From contig JAZRJE010000020.1 in NCBI GenBank assembly GCA_045645645.1, positions 2,249 through 66,248 on the forward strand: a DNA stretch of 64,000 nucleotides, in the 5' to 3' direction. Below, one piece after another: positions 1 to 9,172 of the stretch (the first letter of the stretch is position 1; the number at the start of each line of letters is the position of its first letter). Under the pieces are notes generated by a model. The model did not search any database. It saw only the letters and a program-made list of their open reading frames with translations, and had not been told where the DNA came from. Source of the stretch: Candidatus Enterousia sp. Its GTDB lineage: Bacteria > Pseudomonadota > Alphaproteobacteria > Rs-D84. The translations under genes were made by a program, and so were the position numbers.

Positions 1-1126
1 TATCCGCTTTTTCTACGTCTTTTATGGCTTTTTTTGCCTTTTGTGTATCCAGTGCACGGTCAATTGCACCAGACGTAATTGCCCCAGCCGCAACACCAGC
101 ACCTGAGCCTAACATTGCAGCTGATGCTGACTTTTGTGCAATCGTTTCACGATATGCATTTTCTTTGAATGTTGTTATATCTATGCCAAACCAGCCTGGA
201 TCACAATCGAATACACCACCAGCGTATGCTTTTTTAGATGCGTATGGGGTGGATTTGTTGTCCGCAAAGAAATTAATCGTATATACGCAATCTAGACTGC
301 GTTGATCAAACATAGCGCCCAGGCGTCGACAGGTGATTTCCATTTCGTCGCGCATATCATACAGACGCTGTTCGTCACGTTGAATTTGCTTTTCTGCATC
401 TTGGCGCAGGGTTGCAAATACATTCATCGTACGTGATGCCAGACCGTTGTCCATTTGGGTGCATTCCGTTTGAATTTTTTTACATTTTGAAATTGCTAAA
501 TCGCCAGCAGATTTTCCCAGACATTTCGAAAATTTGTTTCCACATTCGTTGATAATACAATTGTTATAACGATTACCGCAATCAATAATTTTGTTATAAT
601 TAGACAGTTTTGCATTTGCATCACGATCCGCTTTTATCTGAGCTGTAAACAGTTGGTATTCGTGACCAGTACATTTCAGCTTTAGACGGCATAAATCCAT
701 TTTGTCGCCCCATGCAGTGTCTGTGTCGCCACTGCAGTTTGTGAAATCTTTGCCACATTTAGACTGCATGCATTGGCGTAGACCAATATCGCATGCATTC
801 TGGCCAGTGGATACAGATACACGTGCGGCTTTTTGTGATGCCGCCGCAGCATCCACTGCATTTAATGCGTTGCGTTGCTGGCGTATCATAGCGGCCAGTT
901 CGTCGTCAGATGTTGTGCCAGATGATGATGTGCTGGACGCACCAATAGCACTGTCAAACATGCTGGTTTTATTTTCAAATTCAAATGTTTCTTCATTATT
1001 GGATGTGCTACGATTGGTAACAGATGCAGAATACACATCTTGTGACACTAGTACAGAACACATTGCGACAAACAACATTGGCGCATATGGAAAAAAATTT
1101 TTTAAATGTCTTGTGTCGTATTTCAT
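1..1126 (-). CDS. Cys-rich secreted protein, family member; its 3' end runs off the left window edge, so it has no in-window stop and is absent from the supplied ORF track
   Basis: ATG at 1126-1124 with GGGG 7 nt upstream. My reverse-complement translation stays open to position 1: MKYDTRHLKNFFPYAPMLFVAMCSVLVSQDVYSAS... It contains CDIGLRQCMQSKCGKDFTNC and CGNRYNNCIINECGNKFSKC, and a Gly-zipper-like GSGAGVAAGAITSGA near the edge. The plus-strand ORFs 24..305 and 702..1130 are antisense to it. Confidence 0.75.
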   Translation of the reverse strand, partial: MKYDTRHLKNFFPYAPMLFVAMCSVLVSQDVYSASVTNRSTSNNEETFEFENKTSMFDSAIGASSTSSSGTTSDDELAAMIRQQRNALNAVDAAAASQKAARVSVSTGQNACDIGLRQCMQSKCGKDFTNCSGDTDTAWGDKMDLCRLKLKCTGHEYQLFTAQIKADRDANAKLSNYNKIIDCGNRYNNCIINECGNKFSKCLGKSAGDLAISKCKKIQTECTQMDNGLASRTMNVFATLRQDAEKQIQRDEQRLYDMRDEMEITCRRLGAMFDQRSLDCVYTINFFADNKSTPYASKKAYAGGVFDCDPGWFGIDITTFKENAYRETIAQKSASAAMLGSGAGVAAGAITSGAIDRALDTQKAKKAIKDVEKAD

Positions 1127-1141
1127 CTGAAACCCCAAATA

Positions 1142-2008
1142 TTATTTTAGTGTAGCACATGCAATTTCGTGGAATTTGCATAACTGGGTTGCCATTGCAC
1201 GTTCTTCTTCGAACCCATCACCACATTTATTTGTCATATTAGCCGCGCATACACGTTCAATGCATGCGTCACGACCAGAATTGTCGGCACATTGATTTTT
1301 TGTGCTGTTTAGTAAATTTGTACGAGTGTTTTCGTATGCCATCACAATAGCCTGTAGCAATGATTCTGCATTGTTAATGGCATTATCGCGTGCAGCAATC
1401 AGATTGTCCCGTATGTTTGACATGTGTTCGTCACACCCAGTTGCGTCAACACCACATGCGGCAAAAAATTTGTTGAAATCTGCGTCTTGTTTGCAGTTGC
1501 TGTAATCAGAACCACAACGCGTGTCCTTTATAATACAGGCTGTAAGTTCAGCTGTGCATGATGTGCTGCTACGTTTTTCTGATGCTTCTTGGGCCAATGT
1601 TTTCATTTCAGCAGCGATGCCAGCAGCTTTGCAAGATTGTTCAATTAGTGTGTCGTATGTTTCAGCAACGTCATCTACGCTGCAACCAGCAACTTTTTTT
1701 AAGCACTGTTTTGCTGCCCATGCGTAGCGTTCAGATGGTTCTGTTGGGGCGTTTTTTAGATCTTTGTCGGAAATGTTATATTTCGCAGATGCACCAACAG
1801 ATATGCTGCGCATGCCAACGGATGTTGGTTCGCCCGCACTGGACGTACCGCAATATTGGCATCTGGCCGCTGGATTTGATGATATGTTAATCGCACATGC
1901 TGAATCCAAACAGCGGGTTAAGTTCGCACGTGAACATGTTGTCGCAGCCCCAGAAACCCCAGGAACTAACGATGCTATTGTAAATAAAATTAGTGTATGT
2001 TTTTTCAT
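1142..2008 (-). CDS. Cys-rich secreted protein, family member
   Basis: ORF 1142..2080. I prefer the internal start MKKHTLILFTIASLVPGVSGA (signal peptide), which is preceded by TAAGAGAGAA. Motifs CSRANLTRCLDSAC..RCQYC and CTAELTACIIKDTRCGSDYSNC. The stop lies 15 nt upstream of the next family gene, consistent with an operon. Confidence 0.8.
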   Translation of the reverse strand: MKKHTLILFTIASLVPGVSGAATTCSRANLTRCLDSACAINISSNPAARCQYCGTSSAGEPTSVGMRSISVGASAKYNISDKDLKNAPTEPSERYAWAAKQCLKKVAGCSVDDVAETYDTLIEQSCKAAGIAAEMKTLAQEASEKRSSTSCTAELTACIIKDTRCGSDYSNCKQDADFNKFFAACGVDATGCDEHMSNIRDNLIAARDNAINNAESLLQAIVMAYENTRTNLLNSTKNQCADNSGRDACIERVCAANMTNKCGDGFEEERAMATQLCKFHEIACATLK

Positions 2009-2118
2009 TTCTCTCTTACGCGGTATTATATCAAAAATATACTTTGACTGCAAAGGGAAAATATGAAAAATATTTTTCATTTTGTAAACTTAATTGATGG
2101 TACAACCCTTTTTTTGTC

Positions 2119-2147
2119 TGGACAGATTGTAGGCTGTGTGCTATTAT
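2119..2147 (+). promoter_or_regulatory. sigma70-like promoter candidate (TGGACA-17-TATTAT)
   Basis: TGGACA at 2119-2124, 17-nt spacer, TATTAT at 2142-2147; 23 nt upstream of the 2170 start. Confidence 0.4.
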
Positions 2148-2169
2148 AGCTTGTACAGAGAGAAATAGC

Positions 2170-5100
2170 ATGAAATTTATTAGGTTTTTAGTCTTATTGT
2201 TGTTTGTTTTCCCATTGGGGTTGCGTGCTGCACAAAGTGATTTTATGGTTGCTGCTCAGTTGCTGGCGGCGGCGCGTAATGCTGATATTCAACAGGTGCA
2301 AAGCTTGGTGAATAATGGTGCGGATGTTAATTTTGTAGATTCAACAGGCTTGTCTTTGGTTTGTACGGCGCTGATGAATAATGATACGCGTGCTGCACAG
2401 ATATTGCAAATGTATGGGGCTGATGCTTCTAAATGTGACCGTCAAATAAAGCAGTATAAAAATCGTACAAAACCAGAGCGGAGTGGGGGACTGTTTAGCG
2501 GACTGTCATCCGCCCAAAGTATGACACTGACGGCGGCTGGGGCCGCCGTTGTTGTAGGTGGCTTGTTATTGTTAACAGATGTTTTTGATCCAGGTAATGA
2601 AAATAAAAATGCAGCTTCAAATGGAAATAGACCAGGTGGTAATGGTGATAGTAGTGGTGGTGAAGGAACTTCTACTGCGGCGTTTCAGTTGCCGATTGGT
2701 CCTGCGTGTGCAGCAGATGGAACTTGCTCAAATGATTTGTCGGAATGGGGTGCGGACAGTTCTTTGGAATCACGTGTGGCCGATTTTAATTATATGTCTG
2801 GTTTTAATTATCTGATGATGGCGTATGCCTATAATGCTTTTGTGCGTGGCTATTTGGGAATGGAAACGGTTCGTTTGGTGGATGCAAATACACCTTTTAA
2901 GCTGAATTCTTTGCCGTTCGCAGGTTCAACCCCAGGTGGTGGTAAGCCGATTAATGTTGCAACGATTACATCTAATGGTGCTAATGCTACTGGTAGTCTT
3001 GGTGATGGTTTTTTAACATGGGTTGATGGTACTAAAATTTTGAATGCTCAATCGATTTGTAGCAGTAAAGGGGCAGATTCGTCAGCATGTCAGGAAGCTT
3101 TGGCTGCGTTAACCCATGTTTCACGCAAGTTTTATAATCGTACAAATTTAACCAGTGTTGATGATACTGTTGAGCAATCTGGATTTGATTATTCTGGACA
3201 TGATACAGTGTTTGGGGCTGCGTCTGATTTGGAAAACTTGAATCTGAAGGTTATTGCTGGTTGGGAAGCGGGAGGGCGCCCAAATGGTGATGCGTATGGC
3301 TTTTTGCCAAATGCTCAGTTGACAGTGTATCGTACGGGAAATGGTTTCGCGGTTGATGAAACGGTTGGTGTTGTGAATAATGCAACGGATGCAACAGAAT
3401 GGGCCAGCGAAGACACCTTTACGATAAATGGTGAAACGTATACTGTAACAATAAATGAAAATAATAATACTTTTGTAGCGACTTCAAGTGGTCAGACGGT
3501 AAATGGAACAGTTGATGGGGCTGTGCTGAATTTTGCATTGGAAGATGGGACGAATTATGAAGCACAATTCGGTGGAAATGTGAATTTGCTGAAGGTTATC
3601 GATGTTAAGAATTTTAATGCCATGTTGAATGCAGCGCAGATAATGGAATCTGGTAAACCATGGGTAAATGTCATTGCAAATATTGCACAGAATCCAGCTG
3701 CGTCAGATAGCGGATATTTAACAGCACGTGGTTATCATGCGCTGGCGTCACAGATGTCAACAGATGCGCTGAAACTATCAGGTTATTTGACGTATATTGA
3801 CCAGTATTATAATTTGAATACTGCGGATGATGATGCAACTAATAAGCCGAGCATAGATGCGGCAACTTTGTATACAACAGTTGGTAATTATCAAAATCAA
3901 ATAATTGTAAATTCTGCTGGGGCGTATGAATATGGTGTTGGTGAAGATATGTCGATTGAAGCACTGGGGGCAACCTTTGAAAACTATGCGCCAGTTTTGT
4001 ATCCAAACTTAGAGCATTTGTTTGTTACTGTTGTTGCTGTAACAAATACAGAGGGGACCTCTGGTATTAAAGATATTTCTAATTATGCATCGTCTGGTGG
4101 TAAATTGGTCTTGTCAAAGTGGGGCGTTGGTCGTGATACTAATGGGACTGATATAACTACAGATGATACTTATGAACATGTTTATGCGTCACGTAAGTGT
4201 GGTTTGTCTGTTAATGGTGGGTTGGATCCATGGTGTTTTGCTGCGCCTGGAATGAATGCAGAAATGGCTGTTTCTTCAATGGCGGGTGCAATTGGTGCAG
4301 TTCAAGGTGCTTTTAATTCAATGACGATTGGGGGAAAAGCGTTATCTAATAAGCAGATATTTACTTTGTTGGCATTGACGGCTGATGGACCATATTTGGG
4401 TACTAATCCTGGATCGGGTACGGGGTGGACAAATGAAGAAGATTTAGTTGCTTATTTGCAGTCTAAATATGATTTGCCACCAGAATATTCTGGAATTCGA
4501 ATTGATGAATACTTAGATGCTTTCAAAGATGTATTCGGATATGGCGCAATAAATCTTGAACGTGCAACCAGACCTGGTACCAAGGTGTATTATTATAACG
4601 GTACGGATATTGTTGCGGCAGATGGGGTCAGTGCAAATGCATATTGGCGGGCGGCAACGAATACAGTATTTAAAGCTTCAAGTGCATTTAATTTGTCTGG
4701 GGAACGTGTTAGTGCGGCTGTATTTGATGTGCTGGAAAGTGCAGATGGTTCAATGCGTATGCCACGCGTTTGGGCAAATGATTTTGAATTTAATAATAGT
4801 GGAAAACGTGGTTTGTATATGGGAGATGTTTTAGGAGATCTAAGAACACATAAAAATCAGCCAGCGACAAGTAATTTTGGTGATATGGCGTTCAGCATAT
4901 CGGTATCAGAACGTGCGTATATTGATAATTTAAATGGTTTGGATAGCTTAGTGCTTAGTTATAACGGTGATAATTGGAATATGAATGCGTCATTCCAGCA
5001 TTATTTCACTGATGGGGTATCTCGTTTCACAGGTATGGTGAATCCTGTTTTAAATTTGGCTTCAAATGTCGTAACAACAGGTGCAGAATATAAGACGGGT

Positions 5101-5817
5101 AATTGGTCATTTGGGGGGCGTGGATATTCTGGTTTTGTGACAGATGAAAGTTTGTTGGAAAATGATCCAACAATTACAGCGCAATATATGCCAGGAAAAC
5201 TGGGGCATATTGGTGGTATGGAAAGTCATGTTGGCTATAAAACGGATAAGTTTGGATTTGTTGCATCGGTTGGATCGGCACATGAAAGTGATACTTTGTT
5301 AGGTGCGATGACGGATGGTTTGTTGGATTTGGGGGCTGGTGATACGACATATATTGATGTTCTAGCACATTATAGTTTGTTTGATGATGTGGATTTTATG
5401 GCTCGTGCGACGTTTGCGCGTACTGTATCTGATGCGTCTGGGGCGTTTGTATTGGGAATGGATGAAATTGAATCCAGTGCGTTCAGTCTGGGGGCTAATG
5501 TTGGAAATTGGGAATTTGCATTGTCTTGTCCGTTGGCGGTAACATCTGGTGCGGTTATGTATGCACATGCACAATATGATGTTGTTGAAAGTGCAGATGG
5601 GATGTATGATATTGTTGTGAATGATGCGCGTGTCGCAGAATTGTCTTTGCGTCCAGATGTTCGTGAAACACGACTGAGTGGAACATATCGTCATTCATTT
5701 GGTGAATATACTGATGGGGCAATTGGTTTTATTTATCGAATAAATCCAAATCATACGGGCGAATTTGGAAATGAATCTATATTTATGTTAAAAATGTCAC
5801 ACAGATTGGGGGTTTGA
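2170..5817 (+). CDS. Large exported protein: ankyrin repeat, subtilase (S8)-like region and a C-terminal beta-barrel-like domain (autotransporter-type architecture)
   Basis: Signal peptide MKFIRFLVLLLFVFPLGLRA. ANK-like segment ARNADIQQVQSLVNNGADVNFVDSTGLSLVCTALMNNDTRAAQILQMYGADAS. S8-like landmarks AYNAFVRGYLG, INVATITSNG (Thr where the catalytic Asp is expected), SGHDTVFGAAS, AAPG..AVSSMAGAIGAVQGAF and YGAINLERAT. The last ~280 aa alternate in beta-strand fashion. Confidence 0.5.
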   Translation: MKFIRFLVLLLFVFPLGLRAAQSDFMVAAQLLAAARNADIQQVQSLVNNGADVNFVDSTGLSLVCTALMNNDTRAAQILQMYGADASKCDRQIKQYKNRTKPERSGGLFSGLSSAQSMTLTAAGAAVVVGGLLLLTDVFDPGNENKNAASNGNRPGGNGDSSGGEGTSTAAFQLPIGPACAADGTCSNDLSEWGADSSLESRVADFNYMSGFNYLMMAYAYNAFVRGYLGMETVRLVDANTPFKLNSLPFAGSTPGGGKPINVATITSNGANATGSLGDGFLTWVDGTKILNAQSICSSKGADSSACQEALAALTHVSRKFYNRTNLTSVDDTVEQSGFDYSGHDTVFGAASDLENLNLKVIAGWEAGGRPNGDAYGFLPNAQLTVYRTGNGFAVDETVGVVNNATDATEWASEDTFTINGETYTVTINENNNTFVATSSGQTVNGTVDGAVLNFALEDGTNYEAQFGGNVNLLKVIDVKNFNAMLNAAQIMESGKPWVNVIANIAQNPAASDSGYLTARGYHALASQMSTDALKLSGYLTYIDQYYNLNTADDDATNKPSIDAATLYTTVGNYQNQIIVNSAGAYEYGVGEDMSIEALGATFENYAPVLYPNLEHLFVTVVAVTNTEGTSGIKDISNYASSGGKLVLSKWGVGRDTNGTDITTDDTYEHVYASRKCGLSVNGGLDPWCFAAPGMNAEMAVSSMAGAIGAVQGAFNSMTIGGKALSNKQIFTLLALTADGPYLGTNPGSGTGWTNEEDLVAYLQSKYDLPPEYSGIRIDEYLDAFKDVFGYGAINLERATRPGTKVYYYNGTDIVAADGVSANAYWRAATNTVFKASSAFNLSGERVSAAVFDVLESADGSMRMPRVWANDFEFNNSGKRGLYMGDVLGDLRTHKNQPATSNFGDMAFSISVSERAYIDNLNGLDSLVLSYNGDNWNMNASFQHYFTDGVSRFTGMVNPVLNLASNVVTTGAEYKTGNWSFGGRGYSGFVTDESLLENDPTITAQYMPGKLGHIGGMESHVGYKTDKFGFVASVGSAHESDTLLGAMTDGLLDLGAGDTTYIDVLAHYSLFDDVDFMARATFARTVSDASGAFVLGMDEIESSAFSLGANVGNWEFALSCPLAVTSGAVMYAHAQYDVVESADGMYDIVVNDARVAELSLRPDVRETRLSGTYRHSFGEYTDGAIGFIYRINPNHTGEFGNESIFMLKMSHRLGV

Positions 5818-5850
5818 TATGTCAACAGATGCATAACAAGAAAATTCCAT

Positions 5851-5879
5851 TTGTGATAGCATGAGGAATATGATACAAT
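5851..5879 (+). promoter_or_regulatory. sigma70-like promoter candidate (TTGTGA-17-TACAAT)
   Basis: TTGTGA at 5851-5856, 17-nt spacer, TACAAT at 5874-5879; a GGGGGAAA SD precedes the ATG at 5912. Confidence 0.4.
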
Positions 5880-5911
5880 CTGCCTAAGATTATGTTTGTG
5901 GGGGAAATCAC

Positions 5912-6856
5912 ATGAAAATATTTGTTCCTGGATTGTTTTTGATGGTGTTCAGCATGCCTGCGATGGCGGCGTCTTCGTTGGATGTGGCATTAAAGAATGT
6001 TGCTTTGTCTTGTGGCGCAATATCTGAAGAATTGTCGGATATGAAAGTGCGTGCTGGAATTGGTACAGCGGTGTCTGCGGTTGGAACCGCAACTGGGGCT
6101 GTCGCAGTTGGTGCGGGAATTGCAAAAGCTGGTGTTGATTCTGATGTTGCTGACCTGGAAGCAGAATTAGCAAAACTGAAAGCTATGGATACAGGTGATT
6201 ATACTAGGTTGAGTTTGACAGAAGCGCAAATTTCATCTTTAAACGCAGAGATATCTGCTTATGTTTCGTCATCTGCGGCACAGATTCAGGATAAAGAATC
6301 AGAAATGTCGGAACTGGAACAGAAATCTAAGAAGCTTGGTAATATTCGTACAGGTACATTGGCGACTTCGACGGCGGCAAATATTGCAGGTGCAGTTGTT
6401 GCAGGAAATAATCGCACAACAGGTGGTTTGCAACAGAAGATTAGTGCATGTATAGAAAGTGTTTCAGAATTGTCACGTGTTCGTATGCAAGCACGTTTGG
6501 ATGGCAGTGCGGATGATGCACAGTTGTCACGTGCAGAAAAGATAATTGCCGAATGTGGGGCGTGGGAAACAGTGAATGTGTCCAGTATTGATAAGCGTGC
6601 CCAGGGTGCAACAGTGGTCAGCGGTGTTGGTGCAGGATTAGGATTAATTGGAACGATAACATCTGCATCTGCAAATTCTGACAAGGTTCGTGATGGTGAT
6701 GATAAAAAAGAGCAGAATTTAAATACTGCGTCAAATGTTTTGGCCGGTGGTACAACGTTGGCATCTGGTGCGGCGACGGTGTTTAATGCAACACAAATAT
6801 CTGCGATTAAGCGTGCGGCCCAGGTTGCCGACGCATGCGAGGGGGCGCTGAAATAA
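5912..6856 (+). CDS. Secreted protein with glycine-zipper segments and coiled coil
   Basis: Signal peptide MKIFVPGLFLMVFSMPAMA. GIGTAVSAVGTATGAVAVGAGIAKAG and GVGAGLGLIGTITSA segments separated by heptad-like acidic helices. Confidence 0.7.
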   Translation: MKIFVPGLFLMVFSMPAMAASSLDVALKNVALSCGAISEELSDMKVRAGIGTAVSAVGTATGAVAVGAGIAKAGVDSDVADLEAELAKLKAMDTGDYTRLSLTEAQISSLNAEISAYVSSSAAQIQDKESEMSELEQKSKKLGNIRTGTLATSTAANIAGAVVAGNNRTTGGLQQKISACIESVSELSRVRMQARLDGSADDAQLSRAEKIIAECGAWETVNVSSIDKRAQGATVVSGVGAGLGLIGTITSASANSDKVRDGDDKKEQNLNTASNVLAGGTTLASGAATVFNATQISAIKRAAQVADACEGALK

Positions 6857-7746
6857 TGAAACGTTTGTTGATTGTATTATTTGCATTGTTTATGTTTGTT
6901 CCAAATGGGTATGCTGATGAATATTATCAGTATACTGTGTTTACAATGGATACGCCTATTAAGTGGAGTCCACGTGTTGTTGGACAGGCTGTAGAGGGGT
7001 TGTATGAAGGGATTGCACCAAGACTAGGATGGATGGAAAAAGAAGGGATAGAGAATATTCATGTTATTGGAATGCCAGTAGAGAGTTCTGATTATGTTGA
7101 TGCTCAGATGGATAGATTACCTGCAACGTTGGTGTATTTTCTTCGAGAATATACAAAGGAAGCAGAAAAGTCAGGGGGAATGCTTTCTTTGCGACAAATA
7201 GCAGATATTTGTTTGAGTAGGCAAGTCGATTTACATCCGCTTTTTTGTGAACGTTTATTGCAGAATGTGCTTGCCTTTCAGGCAAAGGTGGATGGAATAA
7301 AATATCCAGATGAACTTTTAGATCCGTCTGATGGTAATCTAAATGACGTTTATAATGAAAAAGAAAGATTGTATTCCAAAGATTTGTTGTTTTACACAAC
7401 TTTTTTTGGATATGATTATAGTAATGATAGTAAATTTTTTAGAGAACTGGATGCAGAAGTTATGTATTCGCCTGTATATGGTGAGTTTGGTAAACGTGTG
7501 TGCAAGTTGTTTGCTTTTGATGGTAAAGGGGCGTGTGAGGCTACCCTTGTTAAGGGTGATGTATGTCAGGATTATGTGTTTACGGTAAAGTTTGGTGGGC
7601 GTCGTAATATATCGGCAGATGGCAAGACAGTTTACTTTGGTGGGTATTCTGATTTTATGAAAAGTCTTGAGTTGGATTATAAAGTTTCTTCGGCTGCTTA
7701 TGATTGTGACACTAGACCCATGAAGAAAGATCGTCTTTACTTGTAG
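6856..7746 (+). CDS. Secreted hypothetical protein, translationally coupled to the upstream gene
   Basis: TAATG stop/start overlap at 6854-6858. Signal peptide MKRLLIVLFALFMFVPNGYA. The ORF-track start at 6835 would add a non-signal extension. Confidence 0.65.
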   Translation: MKRLLIVLFALFMFVPNGYADEYYQYTVFTMDTPIKWSPRVVGQAVEGLYEGIAPRLGWMEKEGIENIHVIGMPVESSDYVDAQMDRLPATLVYFLREYTKEAEKSGGMLSLRQIADICLSRQVDLHPLFCERLLQNVLAFQAKVDGIKYPDELLDPSDGNLNDVYNEKERLYSKDLLFYTTFFGYDYSNDSKFFRELDAEVMYSPVYGEFGKRVCKLFAFDGKGACEATLVKGDVCQDYVFTVKFGGRRNISADGKTVYFGGYSDFMKSLELDYKVSSAAYDCDTRPMKKDRLYL

Positions 7747-7761
7747 CTTTGGTGTTAAATT

Positions 7762-7797
7762 AACTTCGTCAAATTTGTGTTTGGCGAAGTTTTTTTA
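7762..7797 (+). terminator. Rho-independent terminator
   Basis: 12-bp stem AACTTCGTCAAA/TTTGGCGAAGTT (one G-T pair), 6-nt loop, T-run 7790-7797. Confidence 0.8.
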
Positions 7798-7806
7798 TAA
7801 AAAATT

Positions 7807-7847
7807 TAAAAAAAAATCCCCTGAAATGATGAACGGGGGAATTTTTT
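7807..7847 (-). terminator. Rho-independent terminator after grpE (A-run/T-run flanked hairpin)
   Basis: TCCCCTG ... CGGGGGA stem flanked by an A-run (7807-7816) and a T-run (7842-7847). Confidence 0.6.
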
Positions 7848-8367
7848 ATTTACATACAGTGACCATTGCTGTGCGCAAGACTGTGTCGCCAAACATATAA
7901 CCTGTTTGCATTTCTTCGATAATTGTATTTGGTAACAGTTTTTTATCGCAATCTGTTGGTGTGTCGATCATTTGAATCGCATTATGAAGCATTGGATTTA
8001 ATACCGTACCGACAGATTCAATCTTGGTAATACCAATTTGGGCGAATGCAGATTCCAATGCCATTGCCATTGATTTTATACCTGCGTCATCAGGATTGTG
8101 TTTCAGGGCTGCATCAACTGCGTCCATAACTGGTAATATCTTTTCGGCAACGCCCATTGCACGATTGCGGGCGCGTGATTCAGCGTCCAGCGCACTGCGA
8201 CGACGCGTGTTTTCTAGTTCCGCTGCGATACGCAAATATTTGTCGTTCATTTCTGCTAGTTGTGTCTGTAATTTTTCAATATCTGGTATCATATCTTTTT
8301 CTTGTGTAGATTTTTCGTCAATTGATACAGATTCAACAGCTACTTCTTTGTTTTTTTCGTCTTGCAT
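7846..8367 (-). CDS. grpE: Nucleotide exchange factor GrpE
   Basis: YLRIAAELENTRRR, LPVMDAVDAAL, NPMLHNAI and GYMFGDTVLRTAMVTV match GrpE family landmarks. Confidence 0.9.
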   Translation of the reverse strand: MQDEKNKEVAVESVSIDEKSTQEKDMIPDIEKLQTQLAEMNDKYLRIAAELENTRRRSALDAESRARNRAMGVAEKILPVMDAVDAALKHNPDDAGIKSMAMALESAFAQIGITKIESVGTVLNPMLHNAIQMIDTPTDCDKKLLPNTIIEEMQTGYMFGDTVLRTAMVTVCK

Positions 8368-8398
8368 TTTACTTCCATTTTTTTGTCGAATTATAAAA

Positions 8399-9103
8399 CT
8401 ATTTTATACTGGTTATTATAGGTATGAAATCGTGACATTTCAAGGATGCACCACCAACCAGTACACCGTCAACATTTGGTATTGACATGATTTCGCTAGC
8501 ATTTGAACCCTTAACTGATGCGCCATATAAGATTGGTGTGCCAGATAGGCCCATGTCAGATAATGTTTTTGCAATTAATGTGTGTGCAGATTCAATTTCA
8601 GATGCAGTTGGGGTCAGACCAGCACCAATTGCCCAACGTGGTTCATATGCGATAATAATTGGTGTTTTAACATCTGTGGGAACAGATTCACGAACACCTG
8701 ATTCAATAATCGACATTGTTTTTCCAGCTTGTTTTTCTTCCATTGTTTCACCGACGCATATAATTGGAATTAAACCGCTGGCCAGTGCCATTGTTGCTTT
8801 GTTTCGAACTGTGTCATTTGTTTCATTATGATACTGGCGTCGTTCACTGTGGCCTACAATAACATATTTAGCCCCTGTGTCAGCAATCATTTTAGCGGAC
8901 ACTTCACCAGTATAAGCACCGTGGTCGTGACTGCTTAAATCTTGGGCACCAATAAAAATATGTCCAGAATTCTGGTTTAACATCGTATATGGAACACATA
9001 AAATGACTGTATTATCGGTTTCTATTTCTTGCAGGCATTTTAGCATTTCTTGTAATGTAACTGATGTGCCATTCATTTTCCAATTGCCAGCGATAATTTT
9101 CAT
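8399..9103 (-). CDS. tpiA: Triosephosphate isomerase
   Basis: IAGNWKMNG, VIVGHSERR, YEPRWAIGAG and LVGGASL motifs. Confidence 0.92.
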   Translation of the reverse strand: MKIIAGNWKMNGTSVTLQEMLKCLQEIETDNTVILCVPYTMLNQNSGHIFIGAQDLSSHDHGAYTGEVSAKMIADTGAKYVIVGHSERRQYHNETNDTVRNKATMALASGLIPIICVGETMEEKQAGKTMSIIESGVRESVPTDVKTPIIIAYEPRWAIGAGLTPTASEIESAHTLIAKTLSDMGLSGTPILYGASVKGSNASEIMSIPNVDGVLVGGASLKCHDFIPIITSIK

Positions 9104-9172
9104 CGGTTTTTTCCCTTTTTTTAATTGATTTTATATCTTTTGTTCTGCTATGGTAGCGCAAAAGGGGATTAA

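Noticed and set aside
24-1130. Plus-strand ORFs 24..305 and 702..1130 from the supplied track.
   Set aside because: They are antisense to a continuous minus-strand frame (1126 to 1). That frame has a signal peptide, an SD and the family Cys modules. The plus-strand translations are low-complexity and lack any start context.
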